DNA from: Thermoanaerobaculia bacterium | GTDB taxonomy: Bacteria > Acidobacteriota > Thermoanaerobaculia > UBA5066 | Direction of reading: 5' to 3' | Assembly (NCBI GenBank): GCA_038245905.1 | Contig: JBBRRY010000018.1 | Coordinates: 1 to 64,000, forward strand | DNA length: 64,000 bases | Part shown: positions 19,631 to 30,135 of the stretch, piece by piece | Layout: the number at the start of each line of letters is the position of its first letter | Position numbering within the stretch: position 1 is the first letter of the stretch | The notes under the pieces: model-generated | What the model was told of the DNA's origin: nothing | What the model saw: the letters and a program-made list of their open reading frames with translations, nothing else | The model's database searches: none | Translations under genes and position numbers: made by a program

Positions 19631-21778
19631 TCAGGGAAGGGGTTGAGCCGTTGGCAGAGACGCAGCCGGCGGAGCGGCGTCGAGCGGCAGCCCGTAAAGC
19701 GACGAGTAGACGCACTGGAAAAACAGCACGCGCTTGACGTAGAGGCGCGTCTCCGAGAACGGGATTGACTCGAGAAATTCGTCTTCGGGTGCGAGGCCGG
19801 ACGCCTTCTTCCACGCGCGCACACGCCCGGGCCCGGCGTTGTATGCGGCGAGCGCGGCGGCGGTGTCGCCCGAGAAGGTGTCGAGGAGCTGCCGCAGGTA
19901 GCGCGCACCAAGTCGCAAGTTCGCCGTTGGATCGGCGAGGTCGGGGCGCCCCTTGCCCTTCTCGCTCCGATAGAGAACGCGGCCCGTTGACGGCATCAAC
20001 TGCATGAGGCCAAGGGCGCCTGCGCGCGACTTCGCGTCCTCGGTGAAGACGCTTTCCTGCCGGATGAGGCCGAAGAGAAGCGAGGCGGGTACCCCCGCGG
20101 CGCGAGCGGCCTCGACGATCCGGTCGGCATGGGCAAGCGGGTAATAGGCTGCGCGCGCTTCCGGGGGGACCGCGCCTTCCTCGGGAGTTCCGAGCTCCGG
20201 ATAGCGCCGCTTCAGGACCGCCGCCGCGCGGCGATGGTCGCCCCTCTGAGACGCCGCGCGGCCCGCGAAGAGCGGATCGAGCGAGCCCTCGCTCTCGGCG
20301 GCGTCCTCGGCGAGTCCGGGGAATCCGCAGCGGAGAAACTCCCGCGACGGCAGGGCGGCCTCCCCCGAAGCCTCGTCCTGTTCACGTGCGGCGAGCGCCG
20401 GCGGCGCGGCCGGAAGCGTCACGCCGAGCGCGGCGGCCGCCCAGCGCCCATAGAGATCGGGAACGGTGCCCGGCACGAGCGCGGCGTAGAGCGCTCTCGC
20501 GGTCGTCGGGTCGCCAGACCTCTCGTGCGCCCGCGCCGACCAATAGGTTGCGCGCCGGCGTAGGAATGCTCCCCGGTATGCGGGGATCTGTTCGTCGAAG
20601 AGTCGCGCCGCTCCAGCGAAATCGCCGCTTGAGTAGCGTGCCCACCCGTCCGCGAACCATTCCGCCGCGCCGGCGTCCGTCGTCGGGTCGAGTGCGAGAA
20701 GCGGCGCCAGGAGGAGGCGGGCGTCGTCTCTGCGCCCGGTCTTCCAGGCGAGACGGATTCCGCCTTCGAGGAGCCGGCGCCGGTCGTCGTCGGGGAGAGG
20801 ACGGCCGAGGAGCTCGTCGAGCGCGGCCAGCCTGACGCCGGCGGCCGCCTTCGCCTTCTCGGAGACGGGTGGGCCCGGCTTGCCGGGCAGGTTGGCGGGT
20901 CCGCGACGGCTGCGGCGCGCCTGGCGGGGTTCAGGGACTCCGAGGAGGCGCGTCTCGACGAGCCACGAGAGCGTGGCCCGGTGGAGCGCCTCGGTTTCGT
21001 CCGCCGGGTCGGCGGGTCCGAGGGCGAGAAGGCGTCTTGCGTCGCGCGGGCTCCCCGCGAGAAGCCACGCATCGACGGCCTCCGCGCGCGAACGAGCCGG
21101 CACAGCCGGTCCGAGCGAACGCAGGAGCGCGGACGCCCGTTTGGAATCGCGGCCCGCGATGGCCCGGGCCCGGGCGATACGAATCTCGACGGACGCCTGG
21201 CGAACAGCCGCCTCGAAGGCATTCCGGTCGTGTTCGTCGAAGAGATCCGCGGCGCGGGCGGGAGCGTCGGGGAAGATCGCCGCGAGGCGGACGAGGCGGC
21301 CGTCGACGTCTCCGCCCAAGGCGACGCGCGACTCGGCGAGTGCCTGGGCGATGAGGGCGCGGGTCTCTGGTCTTTCAGGCGCAGGGCGCGCGGCGAGAGC
21401 TGCGCGCACCGCATTGCGCTCTTGCTCTGTTGCGGCTAGACGCGCGGCGCGCGCGAGGGCGGCGCGCGCGAGAGCGGGAGACTGTTCGCCCGCCGCGAAG
21501 GCGAGGAGGGCGGGCACGCGATCCGCGCCCACGTGGGTTGCTGCCGAAAGTCCGATCCACGCGGGGAGGCCCGGAATGCCGAGAGGCGACGCGTCGAGAC
21601 CGGCGACGAGGGCGGCAGCGGAGCCGTCGCCCTTCGCGAGCGCGAGGGACGCGGCGAGAAGGCGCGCCCTGAGGGCCGCCGCTTCCGTGGGGACCGCCCG
21701 CGCGTCGGGCGCCGCCGACGCCCGGGCGATGCTTCCCGCGAAAAGCGCGCCGGCGAGAAGAAAAATCCGGAGTGTCAG
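19631..21778 (-). CDS. Soluble lytic transglycosylase (Slt family) with TPR-like N-terminal region; probable CTG start
   Basis: IRQES, SRAGALGLMQLMP, ALAAYNAGPG, ETRLYVK. The frame extends to CTG 21778, giving the signal peptide MTLRIFLLAGALFAGSIARA. Confidence 0.85.
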   Translation of the reverse strand: MTLRIFLLAGALFAGSIARASAAPDARAVPTEAAALRARLLAASLALAKGDGSAAALVAGLDASPLGIPGLPAWIGLSAATHVGADRVPALLAFAAGEQSPALARAALARAARLAATEQERNAVRAALAARPAPERPETRALIAQALAESRVALGGDVDGRLVRLAAIFPDAPARAADLFDEHDRNAFEAAVRQASVEIRIARARAIAGRDSKRASALLRSLGPAVPARSRAEAVDAWLLAGSPRDARRLLALGPADPADETEALHRATLSWLVETRLLGVPEPRQARRSRRGPANLPGKPGPPVSEKAKAAAGVRLAALDELLGRPLPDDDRRRLLEGGIRLAWKTGRRDDARLLLAPLLALDPTTDAGAAEWFADGWARYSSGDFAGAARLFDEQIPAYRGAFLRRRATYWSARAHERSGDPTTARALYAALVPGTVPDLYGRWAAAALGVTLPAAPPALAAREQDEASGEAALPSREFLRCGFPGLAEDAAESEGSLDPLFAGRAASQRGDHRRAAAVLKRRYPELGTPEEGAVPPEARAAYYPLAHADRIVEAARAAGVPASLLFGLIRQESVFTEDAKSRAGALGLMQLMPSTGRVLYRSEKGKGRPDLADPTANLRLGARYLRQLLDTFSGDTAAALAAYNAGPGRVRAWKKASGLAPEDEFLESIPFSETRLYVKRVLFFQCVYSSLYGLPLDAAPPAASLPTAQPLP

Positions 21779-21782
21779 CTGC

Positions 21783-23423
21783 TCAGCTCACCGAGCCGAG
21801 CGCCTCGGCCCGACCGTCGGCGAGGATGCGAACGAGCTCGTCGCGGAAGAAGTCCGTGTCCTGGCGGACGGCGGCGGGCGTCCTTTCGTCGTAAACCTGG
21901 CGGCTCCTCTCGATATCGTCCTTGAGGCGATCGTAGAGGTCGTTCAGGCTGCGGCCTTCTTCCACCTTCTTCTCGTTGTAGAGCTTGATCTCCGAAATGA
22001 GCAGACGGGCCAGCCGGCGAGCGTCGTCGTGCGCGCGTTGCGGGCTGTCGGCGGCCGCCGCGCGACCGCGCGGAACGAAGCCTGAAATCGGCCGCACCGT
22101 AGTCGCGATATCACGCGGAGGCGTTACGGCGGAGGTCGAAGCGCGGGCGGGCTTCTGCACGGTGACGTCGCCTTCCGTGGGCGACGTCACGCGCCCGGAC
22201 GCGCGCAGGGCCTCGAAAGCACCGGTGAAATCGCCGGTCGAAGCGTTGGAGAGCGGCGAGGCGAGTGATCCGGGAAGCGAAGCGGAGAGCGGGGGGGCTG
22301 GGGCCGGCGGGTGCGAGGGGGAGAACGAGGGGGCCGCCGGGAACGAGAGCGACGACGGGAAGGAGGGAGCGGGAGGCGCGGGAGGCGCGGAAGCGGCGCC
22401 CATCGAAGGAATCTGGCTCGTGAGCCCGGGATCGGACGAGAAGGAACGAATGCCCGGTGGGACCCTGGTCTTCGCGGACTCTTCGATCGCGCGCAGTGCT
22501 TCTCCGGCGTCGGTGGAGCGCGAGCGCGAAGGAGGCAGCGAAACGGAAACGGACGCCGAGGGCTGCGGAGGAGAGGCCTCGGCTTCGAAATCGGAGATGC
22601 CCGGCGGCTGCGAAGAAGGCGCCATCGAGGGCTCGAAGCGCGCGATCGCCTCTCCCGTGGGCGTGAGCGATGGAGACGGGATCTTCTTGCGCGCGGCCAG
22701 GAGATCCACCGCGAGCCCGGTCACGAACGTGAGGACCTCGACGGCGGCCTCGTTCAGCCTGCCTTCCTCGCCCGGAAGCTCGTCGGCGCAGACGACGCCG
22801 GCGAGCCGGTCGCGGATGACCATCGGGACGAGGAGGGTGCGCGCGGGCGCCTGCCCTCCAAGAGCGAGACGGAGCGGGCCGGCTTCGCTTGGCGGCTCGG
22901 CGAGCACGGAGCGCTGCGACTTGAGCACCATGGCCACGAATGGGTCGTCCTCGCCGCCCAGGTCGAGGGAACGCACGGCCTCGTCGCGTCCTCCGGACGC
23001 GTCGAATCCGAGAGCCTTCCAGCCGGTGAGCCGGTCGTTCCGAAGGACGAGGAGGGCGACCCGCGACGCATGCGCGTTCACGCGCGTGAGAAATCGCGAG
23101 AGGACGTCGACCTGTGTGCGAGCGGACTCGATGGCGGCGAGAGAACCGCGTACGACGGTCCAGTCGGCCTGGGGCGCGCCCGGGGCGGAGGCAAGAGCGG
23201 GCGCCGGGGGCGTGGGCGCCGCGTCTTCGAGCATCAACCCGACGATGTCCTCCGGGAGCAGCGGCTCCGCGTGCGCCGGGATCTTGTCCGACAGCGTGGT
23301 GAGGAGGACCTCGATGTCTCTCCGCGCGTCCACGAGCGACGATTTCCACGTCGCGAGGTGATCCTCGAGATGCGTGGAGAGCGATTCGATCAAGCGGCGT
23401 GTCGCTACGGGGTCGACCGACAT
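21783..23423 (-). CDS. GAF-domain protein with Pro/Ser-rich linker and conserved C-terminal helical domain
   Basis: GAF-like LLVPMVIRDRLAGVVCAD; low-complexity linker; ARRLARLLISEIKLYN..LKDDIERSRQVY. Confidence 0.7.
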   Translation of the reverse strand: MSVDPVATRRLIESLSTHLEDHLATWKSSLVDARRDIEVLLTTLSDKIPAHAEPLLPEDIVGLMLEDAAPTPPAPALASAPGAPQADWTVVRGSLAAIESARTQVDVLSRFLTRVNAHASRVALLVLRNDRLTGWKALGFDASGGRDEAVRSLDLGGEDDPFVAMVLKSQRSVLAEPPSEAGPLRLALGGQAPARTLLVPMVIRDRLAGVVCADELPGEEGRLNEAAVEVLTFVTGLAVDLLAARKKIPSPSLTPTGEAIARFEPSMAPSSQPPGISDFEAEASPPQPSASVSVSLPPSRSRSTDAGEALRAIEESAKTRVPPGIRSFSSDPGLTSQIPSMGAASAPPAPPAPSFPSSLSFPAAPSFSPSHPPAPAPPLSASLPGSLASPLSNASTGDFTGAFEALRASGRVTSPTEGDVTVQKPARASTSAVTPPRDIATTVRPISGFVPRGRAAAADSPQRAHDDARRLARLLISEIKLYNEKKVEEGRSLNDLYDRLKDDIERSRQVYDERTPAAVRQDTDFFRDELVRILADGRAEALGSVS

Positions 23424-23519
23424 AGGTCTCCTGACGGCGCCTTGGGGCGTGGCCTTCGGCGTCGTGTTCCCGGCATTATATTCGGACAGCGCGCCTTAGC
23501 GGGACACGGGCCGGGGTGA

Positions 23520-23548
23520 TTGACGCCCGCCCCAACCCGTTTTAGCAT
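23520..23548 (+). promoter_or_regulatory. Sigma70 promoter of rpsU
   Basis: TTGACG-17 nt-TAGCAT. Confidence 0.7.
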
Positions 23549-23621
23549 GCGGGGTTTGCCCGCGCCCTCTGAACCCCCCTTGGTTCGGGGCACTCGGGGC
23601 CGGAGAGGAGGGAGATCTTTA

Positions 23622-23828
23622 GTGCCACTGATCCACGTCAAGGAAGACGAATCGTTCGAGAACGCCCTGCGCCGCTTCAAGCGCAAGTGCGAGAAATCCG
23701 GAATCCTCTCCGAGCTCAAGAAACGTCAGCACTACGAGAAGCCCTCGGCCAAGCGGAAACGCAAGGCCATTGCCGCCCGCAAGAAAATGCTCCGTAAGTT
23801 GGCGGAAGAGCGCCGTACGGGGATGTAG
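23622..23828 (+). CDS. rpsU: 30S ribosomal protein S21
   Basis: [33 protein letters not shown]; GTG start after GGAGGGAG. Confidence 0.97.
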   Translation: MPLIHVKEDESFENALRRFKRKCEKSGILSELKKRQHYEKPSAKRKRKAIAARKKMLRKLAEERRTGM

Positions 23829-23839
23829 ATTCCCGATCC

Positions 23840-26245
23840 GTGAGTCATCCCGAACTCGACTGGCCCGGCGCGCTTCGGCTCGCCGGGCGTTTTTGTTCCA
23901 CGGAGCGCGGCCGGGACCGAGTCCACGGGGCCACGCCGTCGCCGGATCCGTTCGAAGTCGTGCGCCGGCTCGCCGTCACGCGGGATCTCCTCGCGCGCCG
24001 CGCCCTTCGCCCTCCGGTCGCTCTCGGGGGGCTCGACGAGGGGGCGCCCCTCGTCTCGCGCCTCGGCCCTCACGGGCGCGCGCTTCCGCCCGAGGACCTC
24101 CTCGACCTCTTCCTCCTCGTCGAGCGCGCAGAGGGCGCGCGCCTCGCCGTGCCCGTTCCCGACCTCCCGCTCGTTACGCTTTCCGACGTGCTCTTTCCTC
24201 TCGCTTCCTTCGAAGACCTGCTCGCGGAGAGGGAGCCCACGTTCGAGCTCGACGGGCGTATCAAGGACACGGCGTCCGCGCGCCTCTACGCGATCCGCTC
24301 GTCGATCCAGAGGCTCCGGAAGGAAGTCGTCCGGAAGCTCGAGGACGTCGCTCGGGCGCATCCGGACGCGCTGACGGGCGGCTACGTGACGGAAAAGGGC
24401 GGGCGCTACTGCCTGCCCGTGCGCGCGGACCGGCGCGATCAGGTGGGCGGCCTCCTGCACGAGCGGTCGGGCTCGGGACAGACCGTCTTCGTCGAGCCGC
24501 TCCTCATCGTCGAGGACAACAACGCGCTCCAGGAAGCAGTCGAAGAAGAGCGCGAGGAGGTGCACCGCATCCTCGTCGCGCTGACGGGCCGCTTCTCGGC
24601 GCGGCGCGACGACCTCGTCGTCTCCGTGGAGGTGCTGACGGAGCTCGACGCGTATCAGGCGCGCGCGGAATTTTCGTCGCGCGTCGCGGGTGTCTTCCCG
24701 GACTTCTCGGATCGGTTTGTCCTCAGGGCCGCGCGCCATCCCCTTCTCGACCGGCGCCTCGCCGAGCTCCGGGCGGACGTCTTCGGCGAGCTCGAGGAAC
24801 GGCATTCGGACGCCGTGCCGCTGGACCTCGAACTACCCGAAGGCTCGCGGCTCCTGCTCCTCTCCGGCCCGAACGCGGGCGGTAAGAGCGTCGCCATGAA
24901 GACCGCGGGCCTCTTCGCGCTTCTCGCGCAGTCGGGTTTCGCGATCCCGTGCGGCCCGGGCTCCACGCTTCCGGTCTTCGACAAGGTGCTCGTCGTCGCG
25001 GGCGACGCTCAGGACCTCCTCGGCGACCTTTCCTCGTTTGCGGCGGCCATGACGCGCACGGCCCGGGTCCTTCAGGAAGCCACGTCGAAGAGCCTCGTCC
25101 TCCTCGACGAGCTCGGCAGCGGCACCGATCCGGACGAGGGGGCGGCGCTCGCGATCGCCGTCCTGGACGAGGATCTCCTTCGCGGCGGGTTCACGATCGC
25201 GACGACGCACCTGTCGGCGGTGAAGGAGTGGGCTCAGGACAGGAGCGGCGTCCTGTCGGCCGCGATGGAATTCGACGAAAAGGCAGGCCGGCCGACGTTC
25301 CGCGTGAGGGCCGGCGCCAGCGGGCGCTCGCGGGCGCTCGCGGTCGCGGAGAAGGCGGGCCTGCCCTCGCGCGTCCTCGCCTCCGCGAAGAAACGGCTCG
25401 GCACGAAGTGGGAGGCCGCCGACGCGGCCTTGACGCGCCTCGAGACCGAGACGCGAAGAGCCCGCGAGGAAGCGGACAAGGCGAAAGCGGCGGCGGAGAA
25501 GGCGGCTGCCCGCCTCCTCGATCTCGAGAGGGAACGCGCGGCGCTCGCCGCCGAACGGGCGAGGGTGAAGGAAAAGGCGAAGGAGCAGGTCGACAAAGCC
25601 CTCGTGACGCTGCGCGAGAAGACGCGGGCCGAGCTCGAGCGCATGCGCGAGGATCTGAAGGCGGGCCGGTCGATCACACGCGGCGCGCTCATGACCGTCA
25701 CCGAGTCGGCGCGCGAGGCCGCGCTGGGTATCTTCGGCGGAGACGACGAGCCTCCCCGTCTAGCCGGTCCCGTTTCCATCGGTATGGAGGTCCGCATCGC
25801 GGGCCTCGGCGCCACGGGCCGGCTCCTCGCGCTCGCCGTGGGTCGCGGCGAGGCCGAAGTCGAGGTAAAGGGGAAGCGCGTGCGGGTGAAGCTGGAGGCG
25901 CTCTCCCCCGCGGCGGCCGTTCCGGCGAGCCTCCGCGCGGTCTCGCCGAAGGCCGCGGGCGCGGTTCGGGCCGCGACGGCCCCGCCATCCGGCGTCCTCG
26001 CGACGAGCGAGGTCGTCCTCGTCGGGCAGAGGATCGACGACGCTCTTCCCTTGGTCGAAAGGGCCATCAACGACGCACTTCTTTCGGGCAAGGGGGCGCT
26101 CCGCCTCGTCCACGGCCACGGGACGGGCCGGCTCGCGGCCGCGGTGCGGGAGTTTCTGAAGACGCATCCCGGAATCGCGTCCTATCGCTGGGGCGACGCC
26201 GAGGAGGGCGGTCAGGCCGTCACGATCGCGAGGCTGGATGTCTGA
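23840..26245 (+). CDS. mutS2: MutS2 (ABC ATPase, coiled coil, Smr domain)
   Basis: SGSGQTVFVEP, GPNAGGKS, LLDELGSGTDPDEGAALA, TTH, Smr VHGHGTGRL. Confidence 0.92.
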   Translation: MSHPELDWPGALRLAGRFCSTERGRDRVHGATPSPDPFEVVRRLAVTRDLLARRALRPPVALGGLDEGAPLVSRLGPHGRALPPEDLLDLFLLVERAEGARLAVPVPDLPLVTLSDVLFPLASFEDLLAEREPTFELDGRIKDTASARLYAIRSSIQRLRKEVVRKLEDVARAHPDALTGGYVTEKGGRYCLPVRADRRDQVGGLLHERSGSGQTVFVEPLLIVEDNNALQEAVEEEREEVHRILVALTGRFSARRDDLVVSVEVLTELDAYQARAEFSSRVAGVFPDFSDRFVLRAARHPLLDRRLAELRADVFGELEERHSDAVPLDLELPEGSRLLLLSGPNAGGKSVAMKTAGLFALLAQSGFAIPCGPGSTLPVFDKVLVVAGDAQDLLGDLSSFAAAMTRTARVLQEATSKSLVLLDELGSGTDPDEGAALAIAVLDEDLLRGGFTIATTHLSAVKEWAQDRSGVLSAAMEFDEKAGRPTFRVRAGASGRSRALAVAEKAGLPSRVLASAKKRLGTKWEAADAALTRLETETRRAREEADKAKAAAEKAAARLLDLERERAALAAERARVKEKAKEQVDKALVTLREKTRAELERMREDLKAGRSITRGALMTVTESAREAALGIFGGDDEPPRLAGPVSIGMEVRIAGLGATGRLLALAVGRGEAEVEVKGKRVRVKLEALSPAAAVPASLRAVSPKAAGAVRAATAPPSGVLATSEVVLVGQRIDDALPLVERAINDALLSGKGALRLVHGHGTGRLAAAVREFLKTHPGIASYRWGDAEEGGQAVTIARLDV

Positions 26246-28055
26246 GCCCCTCTACGACATCACGGACGACGTCAAGCGCGACGTTCTCCAAGCCACGGAT
26301 CTCGTCCAGCTCATTGGCGCGATGACGTCGCTCAAGAAGGCAGGCCGCTCATGGAAGGGCCTGTGCCCGTTCCACACCGAAAAGAGCCCGTCGTTCCACG
26401 TGCATCCCGACAAGGGTTTCTACTACTGCTTCGGCTGCGGCGCGAAGGGGGACGCGATCACGTTCGTAAGGGAGACGGAGCGTCTCGAATTCCCGGACGC
26501 GGTGGCGTATCTGGCCCGGCTCGCGGGCATCGCGCTTCCGATGCGGCGGAGCGGCACGCGAGTGGATCGCGGCAAGGAGACGCGTGCGGCCGAGGCGCTG
26601 AGCCTCGCGGCGGCGTTCTTCCGCACGAATCTCGACAAGCACCCGGCCGCACGGGCGCTTCTCGAGAAGCGCGGGCTCACGCCCGAGGAAGGGCACGCCC
26701 ACGGCTTCGGAGCGGCCCTCGACGCCTGGGACGCCCTGAAGATCTCTCTCGCGCCGCGTGTCCAGGAAGACACCTTGATCGAGGCGGGGCTCCTTCAGAA
26801 GAACCCCGAGACCGGGCGCGTGTACGACCGCTTCCGCAACCGGCTGACGATCGAGATCCGCGACGGGCGCGGCGAGATCCTGGGCTTCGGCGCGCGCGCG
26901 TTCGGGGACGACCAGCCCAAGTACCTCAACTCGCCGGAAACGGCGCGCTTCTCGAAGGGAAAGCTCCTCTACGGACTCGACCGCGCGAAAGAGGCGATCC
27001 GTAGAGAAGACGAGGTCATCCTCGTCGAGGGATACTTCGACCGGATCGCCTGCGAAAGGGCGGGCGCCGCGAACGCGGTCGCCTCGATGGGAACGGCGCT
27101 CACGTTGCCGCAAGTCGACCTCCTCGCGCGACAGGCTGCGACGGTCGTAGTGGCGTATGACGGCGACGCGCCCGGCGTCGCCGCGGCGTACAAGGCGTTT
27201 CCGCTCCTCGTCGCCCGGGGAGCTCATGTTCGCCAGCTCGCACTGCCCGAGGGACATGACCCCGACTCGTATCTCGCGGCGCACGGTCCGGAATCGTTGC
27301 GCGCCGCGATCGCGGGGGCGCCACCGCTGCTGGAGGCGCTTCTCGTCAGGATTCCAGCGGCCGCCGGCCAGGATCCGACGGAGCGGGCCGCGAGGTTGCG
27401 CGTCGCGGTGGACATCCTCTCCGTGGCGCCGGATCCGGTTCTCCGTCACGAGCTGCTTTCCGGCCTCGCGCGGGGAGCCGGCGTTCCGCTTTCGGTCCTC
27501 GCCCCGCCTCCGGGGAAGAAAACCGGCCTCTCGCTGGTTAAGCCGACGTCGGAGGCCGCGGCGCCGCGGCAATCCCTTGAGCTGCCGGAACAGGAGGCGC
27601 GTGTGCTTGCAGCACTTCTTTCTGACTGGCCGCAAAGCGCCCCTCTCACGACGAGGATCCCTGTGGAAATTTTTTTTCATCCTGTTGCGAAAGAACTACT
27701 TATGGCTCTTAAGGAGCTCCCGGTGGGGACCGGAGCCCTTGATTTTTCGCAACTTACGTCACATCTTGGAGCGGATGCGGGTCCCCTCGCCGCTGAGCTG
27801 CTCCTTCGACAGGGCGACTCGAGGGCAGATACCCCGGGTGAAAGCGGGCTCGGCCGAATTCATATCCCATTGCTGCAGTTGAAGATACGTTCCATGGAGG
27901 AAACCGCGAGAGGCCTCCAGCCAGAGATACAGGACGCCGCGGCGGCCGGAAACCTGGAGGGGCGCGACGCGGCTTACCGCCGCAAGCAGGCCCTCGTCGA
28001 AGAGATCCGGAGTCTGAAGGCGGAACTAAAAGCGGAAACAGCGAGACGAATTTAG
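26238..28055 (+). CDS. dnaG: DNA primase
   Basis: [15 protein letters not shown] zinc domain; PKYLNSPET; TOPRIM VEGYFD and YDGD. Confidence 0.97.
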   Translation: MSEPLYDITDDVKRDVLQATDLVQLIGAMTSLKKAGRSWKGLCPFHTEKSPSFHVHPDKGFYYCFGCGAKGDAITFVRETERLEFPDAVAYLARLAGIALPMRRSGTRVDRGKETRAAEALSLAAAFFRTNLDKHPAARALLEKRGLTPEEGHAHGFGAALDAWDALKISLAPRVQEDTLIEAGLLQKNPETGRVYDRFRNRLTIEIRDGRGEILGFGARAFGDDQPKYLNSPETARFSKGKLLYGLDRAKEAIRREDEVILVEGYFDRIACERAGAANAVASMGTALTLPQVDLLARQAATVVVAYDGDAPGVAAAYKAFPLLVARGAHVRQLALPEGHDPDSYLAAHGPESLRAAIAGAPPLLEALLVRIPAAAGQDPTERAARLRVAVDILSVAPDPVLRHELLSGLARGAGVPLSVLAPPPGKKTGLSLVKPTSEAAAPRQSLELPEQEARVLAALLSDWPQSAPLTTRIPVEIFFHPVAKELLMALKELPVGTGALDFSQLTSHLGADAGPLAAELLLRQGDSRADTPGESGLGRIHIPLLQLKIRSMEETARGLQPEIQDAAAAGNLEGRDAAYRRKQALVEEIRSLKAELKAETARRI

Positions 28056-28098
28056 AGCGCGCCGGGGACTCCCGAAAGCGTATGGAAGCGAGAAGTCG

Positions 28099-29853
28099 GT
28101 GACGGTAGAAGAAAAGCACCCCGAAGTCAGGACCCTCATCAACCTCGGCAAGGAGCGTGGGTACCTGCTCTACGACGAGATCTATCAGGCTCTGCCCGAA
28201 GAGCTCGCGAACGCGCCCGAAGAGCTCGACGAGATCTATATCCGGTTCGGCGATTACGGCATCGAGGTCGTAGACGTTCCCGAGAAGGCGACGAAGAAGG
28301 CCGGGCCGGCCGCCGGCACCGAGACGACGGTTCCGGATCCGACGACCGTCGAGAAGACAAACGATCCGGTGCGGATGTACCTGCGCGAGATGGGCACCGT
28401 GAAGCTGCTCGACCGCGAAGGCGAAGTTTCGATCGCACGCCGCATCGAGAACGGCGAGGCGAAGATCTACCGCGCCCTGTCGACGAACAAGGTGGTTCTC
28501 GGCGAGATCCTGAAGATCGTCGAGCAGGCCAAGAAAGACAAAAACGTCGCGCGTGGGTTCCTCGAGTTCGCCGCCGCGGCGCTCGAGGAAGCGGACGAGA
28601 TCGACCCGAAGACGGCGAACCGGATCGGGTCGATCCAGAAGCACTTCGAGAAGGTCGGAAAGCTCGACGGCGAATTGCGCAAGCTTGCCGACCGAAAGCG
28701 GCCCGCGCCGAAACCCAAGAAGCTGACGGTCAAGGCCCTCGTTTCCGCCAAAGCCAAGGCGAAGGCCGTGGGGAAGCCCGTGCCGCCCACGAAGCCGCAG
28801 CCCGTCGTCGATCCCGCGATCGACCGGCGCGTCTCGGAGATCGCGCGCCTCATTCACGCGATCGACTTCACGCCGGCGACGCTCCTGCGCATGGTGAACA
28901 TGCTCAAGGACCTCGACCGGCAGTTCGCGATGCCGGAGGCCACGATCCGGCAGGACCTCACGAACCTCAAGAAAGAGAAGAACGAAGTCCGCCGCGACTT
29001 CTACAAGCGTCGCGTCGGGAAGTACCGGCAGATGCTCAAGGACCTGGAGGAGAAGTACCGGATCGACCACGACGAGATCAAGCGGACGATGAAGCTCATC
29101 CGCGAGGGCGAGGGCGAGGCCGACCAGGCCAAGCAGGAGCTCATCGTCGCGAACCTCCGCCTCGTCGTCTCGATCGCGAAGAAGTACACGAACCGCGGCC
29201 TCCAGTTCCTCGACCTGATCCAGGAAGGCAACATCGGCCTCATGAAGGCGGTCGAGAAGTTCGAGTACCGCCGGGGCTACAAGTTCTCGACGTACGCCAC
29301 GTGGTGGATCCGCCAGGCCATCACGCGCGCCATCGCCGACCAGGCCCGCACGATCCGCATCCCGGTCCACATGATCGAGACGATCAACAAGCTCACGCGG
29401 ACCCAGCGCTCGCTCGTGCAGGAGCTGGGCCGAGAGCCGACCGCCGAAGAGATCGCCAAGCGCATGGACATGCCGGCCTTCAAGGTGCGCAAGATCATGA
29501 AGATCGCGCAGGAGCCGATTTCCCTCGAGACGCCGATCGGCGAAGAGGAAGATTCGCATCTCGGCGACTTCATCGAGGACCGCCAGGTCATCTCGCCGAT
29601 CGACGCCGTGATCGTCGCGAACCTGAAGGACCAGACGCGCCGCACCTTGAAGACGCTGACCCCGCGCGAGGAGCAGGTTCTCCGCATGCGCTTCGGGGTC
29701 GGCGACGGCTCGGAGCACACGCTCGAGGAAGTGGGAAAGAGCTTCAACGTGACTCGGGAGCGCATTCGCCAGATTGAAAGCAAGGCGCTCCGGAAGCTCC
29801 GGCACCCCAGCCGGGCAAAGAAACTCCGGCCCTTCGTGGACGTCGGGCAGTAA
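28099..29853 (+). CDS. rpoD: Primary sigma factor sigma70
   Basis: [59 protein letters not shown]. Confidence 0.98.
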   Translation: MTVEEKHPEVRTLINLGKERGYLLYDEIYQALPEELANAPEELDEIYIRFGDYGIEVVDVPEKATKKAGPAAGTETTVPDPTTVEKTNDPVRMYLREMGTVKLLDREGEVSIARRIENGEAKIYRALSTNKVVLGEILKIVEQAKKDKNVARGFLEFAAAALEEADEIDPKTANRIGSIQKHFEKVGKLDGELRKLADRKRPAPKPKKLTVKALVSAKAKAKAVGKPVPPTKPQPVVDPAIDRRVSEIARLIHAIDFTPATLLRMVNMLKDLDRQFAMPEATIRQDLTNLKKEKNEVRRDFYKRRVGKYRQMLKDLEEKYRIDHDEIKRTMKLIREGEGEADQAKQELIVANLRLVVSIAKKYTNRGLQFLDLIQEGNIGLMKAVEKFEYRRGYKFSTYATWWIRQAITRAIADQARTIRIPVHMIETINKLTRTQRSLVQELGREPTAEEIAKRMDMPAFKVRKIMKIAQEPISLETPIGEEEDSHLGDFIEDRQVISPIDAVIVANLKDQTRRTLKTLTPREEQVLRMRFGVGDGSEHTLEEVGKSFNVTRERIRQIESKALRKLRHPSRAKKLRPFVDVGQ

Positions 29854-29864
29854 GGTGTTATATT
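29836..29864 (+). promoter_or_regulatory. Candidate sigma70 promoter of the tRNA
   Basis: GTGGAC-17 nt-TATATT with extended TG at 29856-29857. Confidence 0.5.
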
Positions 29865-29880
29865 CCCGTTTCGGCCGTAA

Positions 29881-29953
29881 GGGTCCGTAGCTCAGCGGTC
29901 AGAGCCACCGGCTCATAACCGGCGGGTCCCTGGTTCGAATCCAGGCGGACCCA
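29881..29953 (+). tRNA. tRNA with CAT anticodon, most likely tRNA-Ile2 (lysidine); CCA not fully encoded
   Basis: Acceptor GGGTCCG/CGGACCC, discriminator A, anticodon arm CCGG-CTCATAA-CCGG, T loop GGTTCGAATCC. The paired G1-C72 excludes fMet. Confidence 0.9.
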
Positions 29954-30055
29954 CCGGACGATTCGATGGCGACGTGAAAGAGGGAGATTCGACATCCGGG
30001 CGCGCAGAAACACTTCCGATCCCTCGGGCGCATTCGAGCGCCGGGGGTCCGTCCA

Positions 30056-30088
30056 GACGGGTGCCGCGTGGCACCCGTTTTTGCTTTT
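30056..30088 (+). terminator. Terminator-like hairpin downstream of the tRNA
   Basis: ACGGGTGCC-GCGT-GGCACCCGT followed by TTTTGCTTTT. Confidence 0.75.
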
Positions 30089-30135
30089 CAGGGGGCTAGC
30101 ATGAAGACCGGAACCATGATGACCGGAACGAACAA

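Noticed and set aside
29881-30052. tRNA as an integration site (GGGTCCGT recurs at 30045-30052)
   Set aside because: Only 8 nt, it matches the 5' rather than the 3' end, and there is no integrase; core genes follow.
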